Source: Candidatus Marsarchaeota archaeon
GTDB taxonomy: Archaea > Micrarchaeota > Micrarchaeia > Micrarchaeales > CABMGC01
NCBI GenBank assembly: GCA_023379075.1
Contig: JAMCSO010000041.1
Span: 1-33,911 of the forward strand
DNA: 33,911 nt
Direction of reading: 5' to 3'
How positions within the stretch are numbered: position 1 is the first letter of the stretch; every line of letters starts with the position of its first letter. Below are positions 18,310-27,767 of the stretch, one piece after another. The notes under the pieces are model-generated. The model was not told where the DNA came from and did no database searches. It worked only from the letters and a program-made list of their open reading frames with translations. The position numbers were made by a program, and so were the translations under genes.

Positions 18310-18415
18310 TGGACTCTGCGGGATTCTCGAGCCTTTGCAGCAAAGCCACAAAGCTTATTCGAACCCGCGGCTTCCTGCATGCCATGCAGGCGCGCTACCA
18401 CTGCGCCAAGAGCCC
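18310..18415 (-). tRNA. tRNA-Ala(GGC) with 34-nt intron (18324-18357) at position 59/60 in the T-loop
   Basis: Acceptor GGGCTCT/AGAGTCC+A with G3:U70; anticodon arm CCTGC-ATGGCAT-GCAGG; T-arm GCGGG-TTCGAA[intron]T-CCCGC; spliced length 72 nt; CCA not encoded. Confidence 0.93.
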
Positions 18416-18471
18416 ACGAGTAGATATCTGCAGATAAGAATTTATATTGTGCAGCAGAATGGCATTGGGGA

Positions 18472-18696
18472 TTATGCTGGCGAGATAAATAGTATATTGC
18501 CCCCTCTTAAAAGGATTGTGCCTAATTTCGTCTTAAGATCTCCATCATCAAGTTCCTCTGCGCTGTCAAGAACTATGTTCATGTGAGCATCGAAGGAAGT
18601 CACTTTTCCTCTTATGTCAGTACCGTTTTTCAACCTGATCAGGACCTGTTGGCCTATTGCCTTGTTAAGTAAATCGAAAGGCCTCTCTTGTGTCAT
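18472..18696 (-). CDS. Sm-like archaeal protein (SmAP/Lsm)
   Basis: RPFDLL...GQQVLIRLKNG..IRG....FDAHMNIVL, LLRGGNILFISP. Confidence 0.95.
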   Translation of the reverse strand: MTQERPFDLLNKAIGQQVLIRLKNGTDIRGKVTSFDAHMNIVLDSAEELDDGDLKTKLGTILLRGGNILFISPA

Positions 18697-18747
18697 CTCT
18701 TCACCAATTAAACCTAAAAGTTAATATTTGAATAAGTCTTAAAACGT

Positions 18748-19788
18748 TTATTTATTTTTCTTTACCTTTGAAGTATCCCCACTCTTCATTGCGAGTTTCA
18801 CTGACCCTGTTCCAAGGGGAATGAGTTTCCCGACAAGAATGTTCTCAGTAACCCCGCTCATCGGATCTATCTCGCCGAAGGCAGCAGCGTTTATCAGGTG
18901 CTTGACGGTCTCTTCATAAGCAGCTCGTGCCAGTACCGAATTCTTCTGTCCTGAGAGGCCATGCCTGCCTATACCTTTTATCGTGCCGCTTGACGTCATC
19001 GCATCGGCTATGAGCAGAAGATGCCTATGGTCTACTGTTATAGACTGCTCAGATAGAGTATGCATCAATTCCTTTGCAAGAGTATATCTTGCGGATTCTA
19101 TTCCAAATTGCTTGTGCATGGCAAATACGTCGTTAGTGTATAGCCTGTATTTGTCAACTCCTGGCACATCCATTATTGCGCTAAGATTATTCCCTGTAGC
19201 TATTATGAAGTATTCTCCAGTCTTTTTATCCTGCTGTATTATTGCTTTCCCAACCCCTTCTATTCCGCTTATCACTGACCTCATTATCCTTACTCCAGTG
19301 TTCCTTATTATTTTCATGTTTGTTGTCTGAAGTCTGACTGTGACTGCGTCTTCCTCGGCTTCGGCCTCGACTTCGAAGAGTTTCTCGATCTTTGAGGCGA
19401 TCTGCTTTGAGGTTAGACCAGCGGCTTCGAGTTCCTGGCTGTTCAGGAAAAATTTGATGCGCTTCTTAGGAAAGTTCTCGACGAACCTCCTCACTATGTT
19501 CTGCATCTTTACCTCGTTTATCTTCTTGGCTATAGCTTCCACTTTCTCGAAATCTTTTTTAGCCCCGTCTTCGATGTAAACATAAGTTATTGGAGTTGTA
19601 GGCCTTTTTTTGGCATCGACAAGCTCCGCAAGCCTTGGAAGCCCAGAGGTAGTGACTGTTGCCTCTATTCCTGCAAAGTGGAAGAGCCTCAGAATCATCT
19701 GCGTTCCCGGTTCACCCACAGATTGGGCCGCGATCATTCCAACAGGTTCTCCATATTGGACATTATAATTATTTGATTTTTTTGCCAT
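18748..19788 (-). CDS. rpoA2: RNA polymerase subunit A'' (Rpo1C)
   Basis: GEPVGMIAAQSVGEPGTQM, GLPRL.E, FGIESAR, VDHRHL.LIAD.M, LARAAYE, GVTENI.VG...PLGTG. Confidence 0.95.
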   Translation of the reverse strand: MAKKSNNYNVQYGEPVGMIAAQSVGEPGTQMILRLFHFAGIEATVTTSGLPRLAELVDAKKRPTTPITYVYIEDGAKKDFEKVEAIAKKINEVKMQNIVRRFVENFPKKRIKFFLNSQELEAAGLTSKQIASKIEKLFEVEAEAEEDAVTVRLQTTNMKIIRNTGVRIMRSVISGIEGVGKAIIQQDKKTGEYFIIATGNNLSAIMDVPGVDKYRLYTNDVFAMHKQFGIESARYTLAKELMHTLSEQSITVDHRHLLLIADAMTSSGTIKGIGRHGLSGQKNSVLARAAYEETVKHLINAAAFGEIDPMSGVTENILVGKLIPLGTGSVKLAMKSGDTSKVKKNK

Positions 19789-19792
19789 TTTA

Positions 19793-22348
19793 TCACTCGC
19801 TCTCTTTCTCTTCCAACTCAGCAAACTGGGAGCTTACAGGATTTATAAGGTCTCCGCCATAAACAGTCTGGATCAGGTTGTTGTTCGCATCCCTTACGCT
19901 CTCGTCAGATGTTACATAAAAGTCCTGAAGTGCATTTGATAGTCTTCTGTAAAGATAACCGCTTCTTGTAATCAGGAGATATTTGTACACCTCAGAGACC
20001 CTCGAACCGACGCCGTGCATGAATAGATCTATTGGAGATAACCCCATGTAAAAGTTCGTTGTTACGAATCCATGTGCTGTAGGCCCTATATCATTTGGAG
20101 CTATGTGCGGGAGCACTCTTCCAGTATAGTATCCTCTCTTTATCCTGCCTCCGCTTAGCGTTGCCTGCTGTCCGAGGAACATAGTCATCTGCTCAAGGTT
20201 TAGCATGTTTCCTCTTGATCCTGCGAATGTCATCTGCATGGCACTGTTTGTAGGATCCTCGTTCTTTGAAAGAGAGACTTCTGCCTTGCTTCTTGCAACA
20301 TTGAGCTCTGCGATGATCATCCTCTCCAATGAGTCACGCATCGTATATCCAAGAAGGGGTTCAAGCTTCTTGTTCTTGTACTGGTCCACCATTGATGAAG
20401 CATTATTGAGTGTCTCCTGTATTATCCTTTCCCTGTCTTCCTGCAGCTTTGAATTTGGCGCATATTCCTTGACTCCCACTGTGACTCCTGCAAGAGTGAC
20501 ATATGCATCGGCAACCTTTGATGAGACGAATATGAAGGTCTTCAAGACATCTTCACCGTAATCCATGGCTATCTTGACAAAGAGCCTGTTTCCGCCGCCA
20601 TATGTGGCTTTGGTAACAACCCCTTTCTGAAGGATTCCGTTCTTTATAACAAAGTCGCCTCTCTTTGTCTTCTCCTCGAAGTTCAGCCCTTTTGGAAGAA
20701 GCAGTGAGAAGACATCTTTTCCCTTGTATTTTCCATTCTTATCTGGCTTTGGTAATTCGTATATGCCAGCTATGCCAAGCAGATATGCTGCCTCGTCTTT
20801 TGTAAGGTATGTGTCGTCTTTTGTAAGGAAGTACATCCCAGTGATTCCGTCCTCAGAATTCGTTATTATCGCGTCACCGTCTCTTGGCGAGAATATATGA
20901 TGCTTTACTTCCATCAGGTAGAAAGCCTCTGCCTGGGCTTCGAGGCTTTGGGGAACGTGTAGGTTCATCTCGTCTCCGTCGAAGTCTGCGTTGTAAGGCT
21001 TTGTAACACAGAAATTAATCCTGAAGGTTTTATCTGGAAGAACCTTAACCCTGTGAGCTAGTATTGATAGCCTGTGAAGTGATGGCTGTCTGTTGAATAG
21101 CACTATGTCTCCGTCCATCAGTTGCCTCTCCAATATGTGACCAGGCTGGACCTCTTTGAGAAGGTCTTCCCTGTTGATATCGAGAACCCTCTTCCTCTTT
21201 CCATCTTTTGATACTATATTAAGTATTGTAGGGTACTCTGTCCTTGAAAGGAGCTCCTTTGCCTTCTCTATATTCCAATTCGTAACATAGAACGGAACTG
21301 TGAGCTTTGATGCAATCTCCAAAGGCACTCCAACTTCATCTACATTTATGTAAGGGTCTACACTTATAACCGTTCTTGCAGAATAATTGACCCTCTTTCC
21401 GCTCAGGTTGTATCTGAATCTTCCTTCCTTGCCCTTTAGCCTTTGGGCCAGTGTCTTAAGTGATCGGCCGCTCCTGTGCCTTGCCGGAGGAATTCCTGAT
21501 GTCTCGTTGTTGAAATAGGAAGTTACGTGATACTGCAGAAGTTCCCAGAGATCATCTATTATTATCTGGGGAGCTCCAGCATTTATGTTCTGATCAAGCC
21601 TCTGGTTTATTCGTATTATGTCTACAAGCTTGTGCGTTAGATCATCTTCGCTCCTCTCTCCAGATTCAAGAGTTATCGATGGCCTGACGTTGACTGGAGG
21701 CACGAGCAGAAGGCTTAGCACCAGCCATGAGGGCTTGCTTGCTTCGGGATCTATCCCCAGAATTCTCAGATCGCTATCGTCTATCTTCTCAAGCATGTCC
21801 CGGATCTCGTCCGGCCTTAGCCTTCTCTCGTCTATATAGAAATATGTGGGAGATGAGAATCTGAGCTTTCCTTGGGCCTCGCCGCAATGCGGACATTTCT
21901 TCAGGTTCTTGAGCTTCTTTATTGATGATGTTTGCTCCTCTGACTGCTCATCATGGATATGCCCTGAATCAAATCCTTCCTCCAAGATCTCCCTGTTCTT
22001 TGCTTTGAATATCTCAATCTGTTCGTCATTGAGAAGTATCCTTCCGCAGCGCTTGCATGTTGTCTGGAGAAGCATGTATATTATCTTTGAGAATTCGGAG
22101 TGTATTACTGGCCTGACAAGCTCGATGTGCCCGAAGTGTCCAGGGCAGGTCTTTGCCCTAGCCCCGCAGGTCTTACATATCAATCCTGGATCTATAACTC
22201 CAAGGCGCTGGTCCAAAGGCTAAAGGGCAAGGAAGGAAGAATCCTCATTGTAGGTGTCAGGTATGTTGAGCTTCACAACGCTTAGCTTCTTTATTTGCTC
22301 TGGGGCAATTGTTCCAAATTTTATATCATTTATTATTTCAGCTTGCAT
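19793..22348 (-). CDS. rpoA1: RNA polymerase subunit A' (Rpo1N); in-frame TAG at codon 43 (22220-22222) in this sequence
   Basis: ATG 22348 after GGTGG gives MQAEIINDIKFG...PDTYNED, in frame with DQRLG..CKTC..CPGHFGHIEL, RLKGKEGRFR.NL.GKRV, NRQPSLH and the catalytic NADFDGD. Confidence 0.93.
21419..22240. repeat. Perfect 28-bp inverted repeat (21419-21446 / 22213-22240) inside rpoA1
   Basis: TCTTCCTTCCTTGCCCTTTAGCCTTTGG versus CCAAAGGCTAAAGGGCAAGGAAGGAAGA. Confidence 0.95.
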
Positions 22349-22357
22349 AAATACCAC

Positions 22358-24196
22358 CTACTCTTTCAACCTTACCCTTGGAAGTATGTGCAGGGACTTG
22401 ATCTCGTCAAGCAGAACCTTGAATGCGTAGCTTAGCTCGACTCCGACAAGATCGCCATTCGTGCATATAGGACAGACTGGCATCCTCTTTATGTAGTCGT
22501 AGTAGCCCATGCTTCCGCAGGACTTGCATATTAGCACCTCGGTCTTATCGCTCTGATCCAGGAGACGCTCCTTAAGGAGAAGCGTTGCTCCATGGCCTAT
22601 GAGCGCATCCCTTTCCATTTCTCCGAATCTGAGGGCACCCTGCCTGGCCTTGCCTTCAGTAGGCTGGTGTGTTAATATCTGAACCTTTCCTCTCCCTCTA
22701 ACCTGCATCTTATTGCTTACCATGTGATATAATCTATTGTAATAAACAACGCCAGTGAATATCTTTGCCTTGAACTCCCTGCCAGTTATTCCGTCGTATA
22801 ATGTCTCGTCTCCGAACTCATCAAATCCATATCCCTTAAGCACATCTCCATACTCTTTCATTCTTGCCTTGCCTTCCATTATGAAGCCTGTGCCGTCGAT
22901 CTTCTTACCGTTAAGTGATCCTGCTTTGCCTGCAAGCATCTCCAGCAGATGTCCGAATGTAAGTCTTGTAGGTATGCTATGTGGATTTAGAAGAAGGTCT
23001 GGAACTATTCCACTCTCTGTGAAAGGCATATCTGCCTGATTTGCTATAAGCGCAACTACTCCTTTCTGCCCGTGCCTGCTGGCAAACTTGTCCCCTTTCT
23101 CAGGAACCCTTAAACTCCTTACACGGATCTTTACAATCCTTGTCGCTCCTGTGGACTCGGTTACTATTACGCTATCAACTACCCCTTCCTCTCCTGTCTT
23201 AAGCATTGTGGAATCTTCCCTTGTCTTCTCTTCAAGGCCTCCTGCGCCTATATTCTCTTCCAGGAATCTTGGAGGAGCGACCTTTCCTATCAGCACATCG
23301 CCTTCCTTTACTTCCATCTCTGGCTCTATGATCCCATCCTCGCTGAGTTTTGAATAGACATGCTCACCCATATATCCTTCGGCTGTTGGTGGAGGTATCC
23401 TGAATTTGTCCTTTTGCCCCCCAGGATATCTTCTCTCCTCATCGGAATAGGATTTGTAGAACATGCTTCTTCCCATGCCCCTGTCGACTGATGCCTTGTT
23501 TATGACAACCGCATCTGACATGTTATATCCATAATACGTTGACAATGCGACTACTAAATTCTGGCCGCTTGGGTGGGATTTGATCTCTGCTGCCCTGTAC
23601 GCAGAGGTTGAGACTATTGGAACCTGCGGATAGTAAAGTATGTAAGATCTTGAATCGAATCTAATGTTAAAGTTGGATGAATATAGCCCCTCAGATTGCT
23701 TTATGAAGTTTGCAAGCATTGTGTGCCTTGCAAGGCTGTTGTGCTCTGGGAAAGGAGACGTACTTACAGTAAAACCGAAGACAGAAACAAGATCCATCTC
23801 TAGATGGGTAACATCCTTTGTTATGTCTTTCTCGCTGAGAGCTATAAGCGCATTCTCTTCCTCTTCTGCATCAAGATATTCTATTATGCCATTCCTTATT
23901 AGATAGGTAAAATTGATTTCCTTGCTCTTTATTCTTGCAAGCATATCCTCTGTTAGTTTTGAGCTTCCGTTCTCAACTATTATGTAAGGCTTCCTTATCC
24001 TTCCACGGTCTGTGTTTATATTGATGGTGTTTAGCTTTTCCATGAAGGCGACATTGACCTCTCCTGAGATCAGACCCTTTCGTCTTGTCTTTCTTACTTC
24101 GTTAACAAACGAGATAGGATCCTCAACGAAGCCGATAACTTTTCCGTTGAGATACACATATGATTTTTCTTGTGCTTTCAAACAATCACCAATCAC
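22358..24196 (-). CDS. rpoB1: RNA polymerase subunit B' (Rpo2C)
   Basis: VYLNG, IEYLDAEEE, GYNMSDA, GDKFASRHGQKG, NPHSIPTR, LYHMV, RFGEMERD, CKSC..CPIC; true start may be TTG 24181. Confidence 0.95.
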   Translation of the reverse strand: MIGDCLKAQEKSYVYLNGKVIGFVEDPISFVNEVRKTRRKGLISGEVNVAFMEKLNTININTDRGRIRKPYIIVENGSSKLTEDMLARIKSKEINFTYLIRNGIIEYLDAEEEENALIALSEKDITKDVTHLEMDLVSVFGFTVSTSPFPEHNSLARHTMLANFIKQSEGLYSSNFNIRFDSRSYILYYPQVPIVSTSAYRAAEIKSHPSGQNLVVALSTYYGYNMSDAVVINKASVDRGMGRSMFYKSYSDEERRYPGGQKDKFRIPPPTAEGYMGEHVYSKLSEDGIIEPEMEVKEGDVLIGKVAPPRFLEENIGAGGLEEKTREDSTMLKTGEEGVVDSVIVTESTGATRIVKIRVRSLRVPEKGDKFASRHGQKGVVALIANQADMPFTESGIVPDLLLNPHSIPTRLTFGHLLEMLAGKAGSLNGKKIDGTGFIMEGKARMKEYGDVLKGYGFDEFGDETLYDGITGREFKAKIFTGVVYYNRLYHMVSNKMQVRGRGKVQILTHQPTEGKARQGALRFGEMERDALIGHGATLLLKERLLDQSDKTEVLICKSCGSMGYYDYIKRMPVCPICTNGDLVGVELSYAFKVLLDEIKSLHILPRVRLKE

Positions 24197-25662
24197 GCTT
24201 CTTTTATGCTGTATATTTTTTTGAGCTCGTCAGCAGTGAGCTTCTCGTCAGCTCCTACGCTGACCTTTGCCATTACCGCAAGATACTTTGTGAGTCCGAC
24301 CTCCTGTCCTTCAGGAGTCTCTGATGGACAGATCTTACCCCACTGAGTCCCATGAACGTCTCTGGCCTTGAAGTGAGGATGCTTCTTTGCCAATGGAGAT
24401 TTTACCCTCCTGAGATGAGTATAAGTACTTATCAAGTTTGTTCTCTCGAGAACCTGCGAGACGCCAGTCTGCCCTGCGACCCATGTTCCAGTCCCCATTG
24501 CATAGGCCATCTTCTCTGTGAGCGTGTCTGGGCTTATTATTGACTGTATGCTGAGCCTTCTGCCCCTGGCGCTTGACCTTTCTACCTGGTATTTGACTTC
24601 CTTGACGAAGAATCTGAACGCATATGCAAATAAGTCTTCCATCAGCTCTCCGGCAAACTTTACCCTCTTATTTGCGAAATGGTCCTTGTCGTCTTGTTTT
24701 GCCAGCCTGTTAGCTATTATTGTGGATTTCCTTGCCATCTGCATAAGATACTTTGCCTTGGCCAGCCTATCTTCTGGACCATTGCCCATATGTGGCAGTA
24801 GATAGGTATCGAGCTGCATCTCTGCTCTCTTCTGCTGATATTCCTTTGCCTGGGCAGGAGCTGCAAGCTTGCCGACCTCTATGAGCGCCTCGCTCGGAGG
24901 AAGTTCCTTGGCTTCGCTTAGCTCCAGATTTAGAAGTATATCGTTCTTGAAAGCATTGAACTCGCTTGCATATTCTATTATATCTTTTGCCTGGAGACCG
25001 AGAGACCTAAGCATCAGTATCATGTTTATGGGTTTTGAAGTTGTTGGAAAATCAACTTCAAACAATCCATTCTGGTTTCTTGAGACAGCACATTTTGCCC
25101 TGAATCCGGGAGTTGTTGAGAAGACCTGACTCCTAACCTTTGTGCCTTTCTTCTCCCTGGTTGTTATTATCCTATTTGACGCAACATCTTCGAGACCTAT
25201 GAGAACTCTCTCGACTCCTTTTATTATGAAGTATCCTCCGGGATCTTCCGGGTCCTCGCCGTTTTCTACTACCTGACTCTTCGCCATGGTTTTGAGGTGG
25301 CAGAGTGAGCTTCTCACCATTATTGGAAGCTCCCCGACAAAGACCTCTCCGTAAGAGGCTGCTTTCTCAATGCCTCTTATCACAGGCACTACTTCTATGA
25401 ATATCGGTGCAGAATAAGATAAATTTCTCAGGCGCGCCTCATTTGGAGTTATGCTTCGCCTTGAGCTGTCCGCTTCTATTACAGAGGGTTTATCCAGCCT
25501 TACGCTTCCTAGCTTCAGGGCAAAACCCTCGACACCAGGCTCGATTATGTTCTGCGTGCTTACTACTTTCTGCAATCCACCGTCGATAAACCTGTTAAAA
25601 CTCTCAACCTGGTGCTGTACCAAGGAAGCAGGGTTAAGATAAGATTCTAGCAAACCATCCAT
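24193..25662 (-). CDS. rpoB2: RNA polymerase subunit B'' (Rpo2N)
   Basis: SFNRF, P.EARLRNLSYSAP, DPGGYFII.G.ERV, DDKDHFANKR, HLRR, WGKICPSETPEG. Confidence 0.95.
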   Translation of the reverse strand: MDGLLESYLNPASLVQHQVESFNRFIDGGLQKVVSTQNIIEPGVEGFALKLGSVRLDKPSVIEADSSRRSITPNEARLRNLSYSAPIFIEVVPVIRGIEKAASYGEVFVGELPIMVRSSLCHLKTMAKSQVVENGEDPEDPGGYFIIKGVERVLIGLEDVASNRIITTREKKGTKVRSQVFSTTPGFRAKCAVSRNQNGLFEVDFPTTSKPINMILMLRSLGLQAKDIIEYASEFNAFKNDILLNLELSEAKELPPSEALIEVGKLAAPAQAKEYQQKRAEMQLDTYLLPHMGNGPEDRLAKAKYLMQMARKSTIIANRLAKQDDKDHFANKRVKFAGELMEDLFAYAFRFFVKEVKYQVERSSARGRRLSIQSIISPDTLTEKMAYAMGTGTWVAGQTGVSQVLERTNLISTYTHLRRVKSPLAKKHPHFKARDVHGTQWGKICPSETPEGQEVGLTKYLAVMAKVSVGADEKLTADELKKIYSIKEA

Positions 25663-25701
25663 ACTATCACAGATACCGCTTAAATATTAGGGCAGAGGCA
25701 C

Positions 25702-25938
25702 TTAGCCCTCTACTACGAGCCTGTAATAAAGATACTCGTTTCCGAAGTCCGTCCTGTGAACTTTTATTATCTGTCCTGGCTTAGCATTCAGCTTTTTCGC
25801 CTGAGGGTCACTCGTGAAAATTTTTGGCAGATTATTCTGCGTTATGTTCATTTTCTCAAAGAGGGACCTAACCTCCTTCTCATCCATGATTTCGTGTACT
25901 GGAACTAATTCGTGGTCGCTCTTCAAAGCTACACCCAA
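25702..25938 (-). CDS. rpoH: RNA polymerase subunit H (Rpo5)
   Basis: HELVPVHEI, LPKI..SDP, AKPGQIIKV.R, YYRLVV. Confidence 0.95.
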   Translation of the reverse strand: MGVALKSDHELVPVHEIMDEKEVRSLFEKMNITQNNLPKIFTSDPQAKKLNAKPGQIIKVHRTDFGNEYLYYRLVVEG

Positions 25939-26391
25939 AACAAGCGCTAAGACTAAGCATGCAACGCGGACGTTATTAAGTATTATATGAAAACATTTAT
26001 ATATCTTCTTGTAGTAAGAAAGTTTCTTTGCTTTGCAGGGCGTGTTGCATTACTGCCTTAGTTCTCTAGAGAGCTATTCGAGACGTCCTTTGCCAACTTT
26101 CCTTACGGCGCCTTTGGGGCACTTTTTTATTATGTCAGCGATTGGCGCTGGCCCTTGTTCAGGGAAGAGGGCAGCAAAGAGTATGGATTGACATCATCCC
26201 ACGTAATCTCCGACCCAATTAAAGCACCTTTGGAGTCTTAAAGCGAGCATGCAGTAGTGTTGCTGCGAACTCTGTTGAATTTCTAACATAGCTCATATCC
26301 CTATTTGCCAGAATTTTTGCATAGATCATCTTGTAGGTAATGGCAAGAACCAGAACAATCATATTAAAGTGTTTTTCAGATATTTGATAGT

Positions 26392-27312
26392 ATGTTGGCT
26401 GGTAGAGACATCATATCTATATCAGATCTCTCAATTGAAGATATATTTGAGATCTTCAGAGCTGCTGAGAGGTTATCTAATGCAGCTACTGGTAGAGGCA
26501 TTGATCTTCTAAAAGGGAGGGTGCTTGCCTCATTATTCTTTGAACCGAGTACAAGAACAAGGCTCTCCTTTGAGAGTGCCATGGCGAAGCTCGGAGGCAC
26601 ATCAATAAGCATCTCGGATCCAGCCAGCTCGTCTTTGTCAAAGGGAGAGACGCTCGCAGATACCATCAAGATAATAGATTCGTACAGCGATGTGATTGTT
26701 ATAAGGCACCCGAAGGACGGTGCAGCCAAACTGGCTTCAAGATTTGCTGAGCATCCGGTTATTAATGCTGGGGATGGAGCAGGACAGCATCCAACGCAAA
26801 CCCTGCTTGACCTTTTCACAATGTGGAAGGAAAAGAAGGAGATATCGGGATTGAATGTTGGCATAGTCGGCGACCTTCGGTATGGAAGGACTGTGCACTC
26901 GCTTGCAATAGCCCTTGTAAGGATGGGCGCAAACCTCTTTCTTATATCCCCGGAAGAGTTGGCAATGCCATCTCATCTACTAAGGGCTATCTCTGTTGAG
27001 TCCTCTCCGAAAATATCCAACAGCCTGGAAAGGATAATTACGAATCTTGATGTCGTTTATGCGACAAGGATACAGAAAGAAAGGTTCCCAGATGAAGCGG
27101 AATACCTTAAGGTTGCAGATTCCTATAAGATAAACGCAAAGCTGCTTAGTAAAGGAAAAGAGGATGTGATCGTGATGCACCCTCTGCCAAGGGTGAATGA
27201 GATAGACTCAGAAGTAGACTCGACAAAATACGCCAAATATTTTGATCAGGCGAAGAATGGGATTCCAGTAAGGATGGCCATTCTCAGCAAGATTCTTGGT
27301 GAGGAGTATTGA
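26392..27312 (+). CDS. pyrB: Aspartate carbamoyltransferase catalytic subunit
   Basis: FFEPSTRTRLSFE, KGETL.DT, RH, INAGDG..QHPTQ, GDLRYGRTVHS, TRIQKERF, MHPLPR. Confidence 0.97.
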   Translation: MLAGRDIISISDLSIEDIFEIFRAAERLSNAATGRGIDLLKGRVLASLFFEPSTRTRLSFESAMAKLGGTSISISDPASSSLSKGETLADTIKIIDSYSDVIVIRHPKDGAAKLASRFAEHPVINAGDGAGQHPTQTLLDLFTMWKEKKEISGLNVGIVGDLRYGRTVHSLAIALVRMGANLFLISPEELAMPSHLLRAISVESSPKISNSLERIITNLDVVYATRIQKERFPDEAEYLKVADSYKINAKLLSKGKEDVIVMHPLPRVNEIDSEVDSTKYAKYFDQAKNGIPVRMAILSKILGEEY

Positions 27313-27767
27313 TGGAAGAGCTTAAAATAGAAAAGATAAAGGATGGTACTGTCATAGACCACATACCAAAAGGCAATGCAATCAGTGTGATTAAAATATT
27401 AGGAATATGCAGCGATTCAAGCGCCAGCATAGGCATAAATGTACCGAGCAGTAGGATGGGAAGCAAAGACATAATCAAGATAGAGGGAAGATCATTAAGC
27501 GCCACAGAAATTGCCAAACTCTCCATGGTAGCACCAAAAGCTACAATCAATCAGATAAGGAATTATAAAGTAGAGAGTAAGAGCAATGTCGATCTTCCTG
27601 AGAGAGTTATTGGAATAGTGAGATGCATCAACACACGATGTATAACGAGAGCCATGGAACCAATAAAAAGCGAGTTTTATATAGTTGCATCTGAGCCGAT
27701 GACGATCAGATGCGTCTATTGCGAGATAGAGATGAATGGCAATATGATACACGACAATATTATCTGA
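27312..27767 (+). CDS. pyrI: Aspartate carbamoyltransferase regulatory subunit
   Basis: IKDGTVIDHI, VPS..MG.KDIIKIE, AP.ATIN, Zn motifs CINTRCIT and CVYC. Confidence 0.95.
   Translation: MEELKIEKIKDGTVIDHIPKGNAISVIKILGICSDSSASIGINVPSSRMGSKDIIKIEGRSLSATEIAKLSMVAPKATINQIRNYKVESKSNVDLPERVIGIVRCINTRCITRAMEPIKSEFYIVASEPMTIRCVYCEIEMNGNMIHDNII

Noticed and set aside
21447..22212. Invertible (phase-variable) segment between the 28-bp IRs in rpoA1
   Set aside because: The interior is already in coding orientation; inversion would not remove the TAG or restore the lost codons, and no recombinase is nearby.
22220..22222. Genome-wide TAG recoding or pyrrolysine
   Set aside because: TAG ends normal genes here (rpoF, ribL, KaiC-like, rpoB1), and the neighbouring codons are also wrong.
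22213..22240. Intron or intein in rpoA1
   Set aside because: Spacing equals the orthologous length, so nothing extra is present to splice out; no BHB or intein motifs.
26010..26110. RNase P RNA-like words on the minus strand (AAGGAAAGTTGG ... CAAAGAAACTTTCTTA)
   Set aside because: Only about 80 nt apart, and they do not form the P4 pairing.
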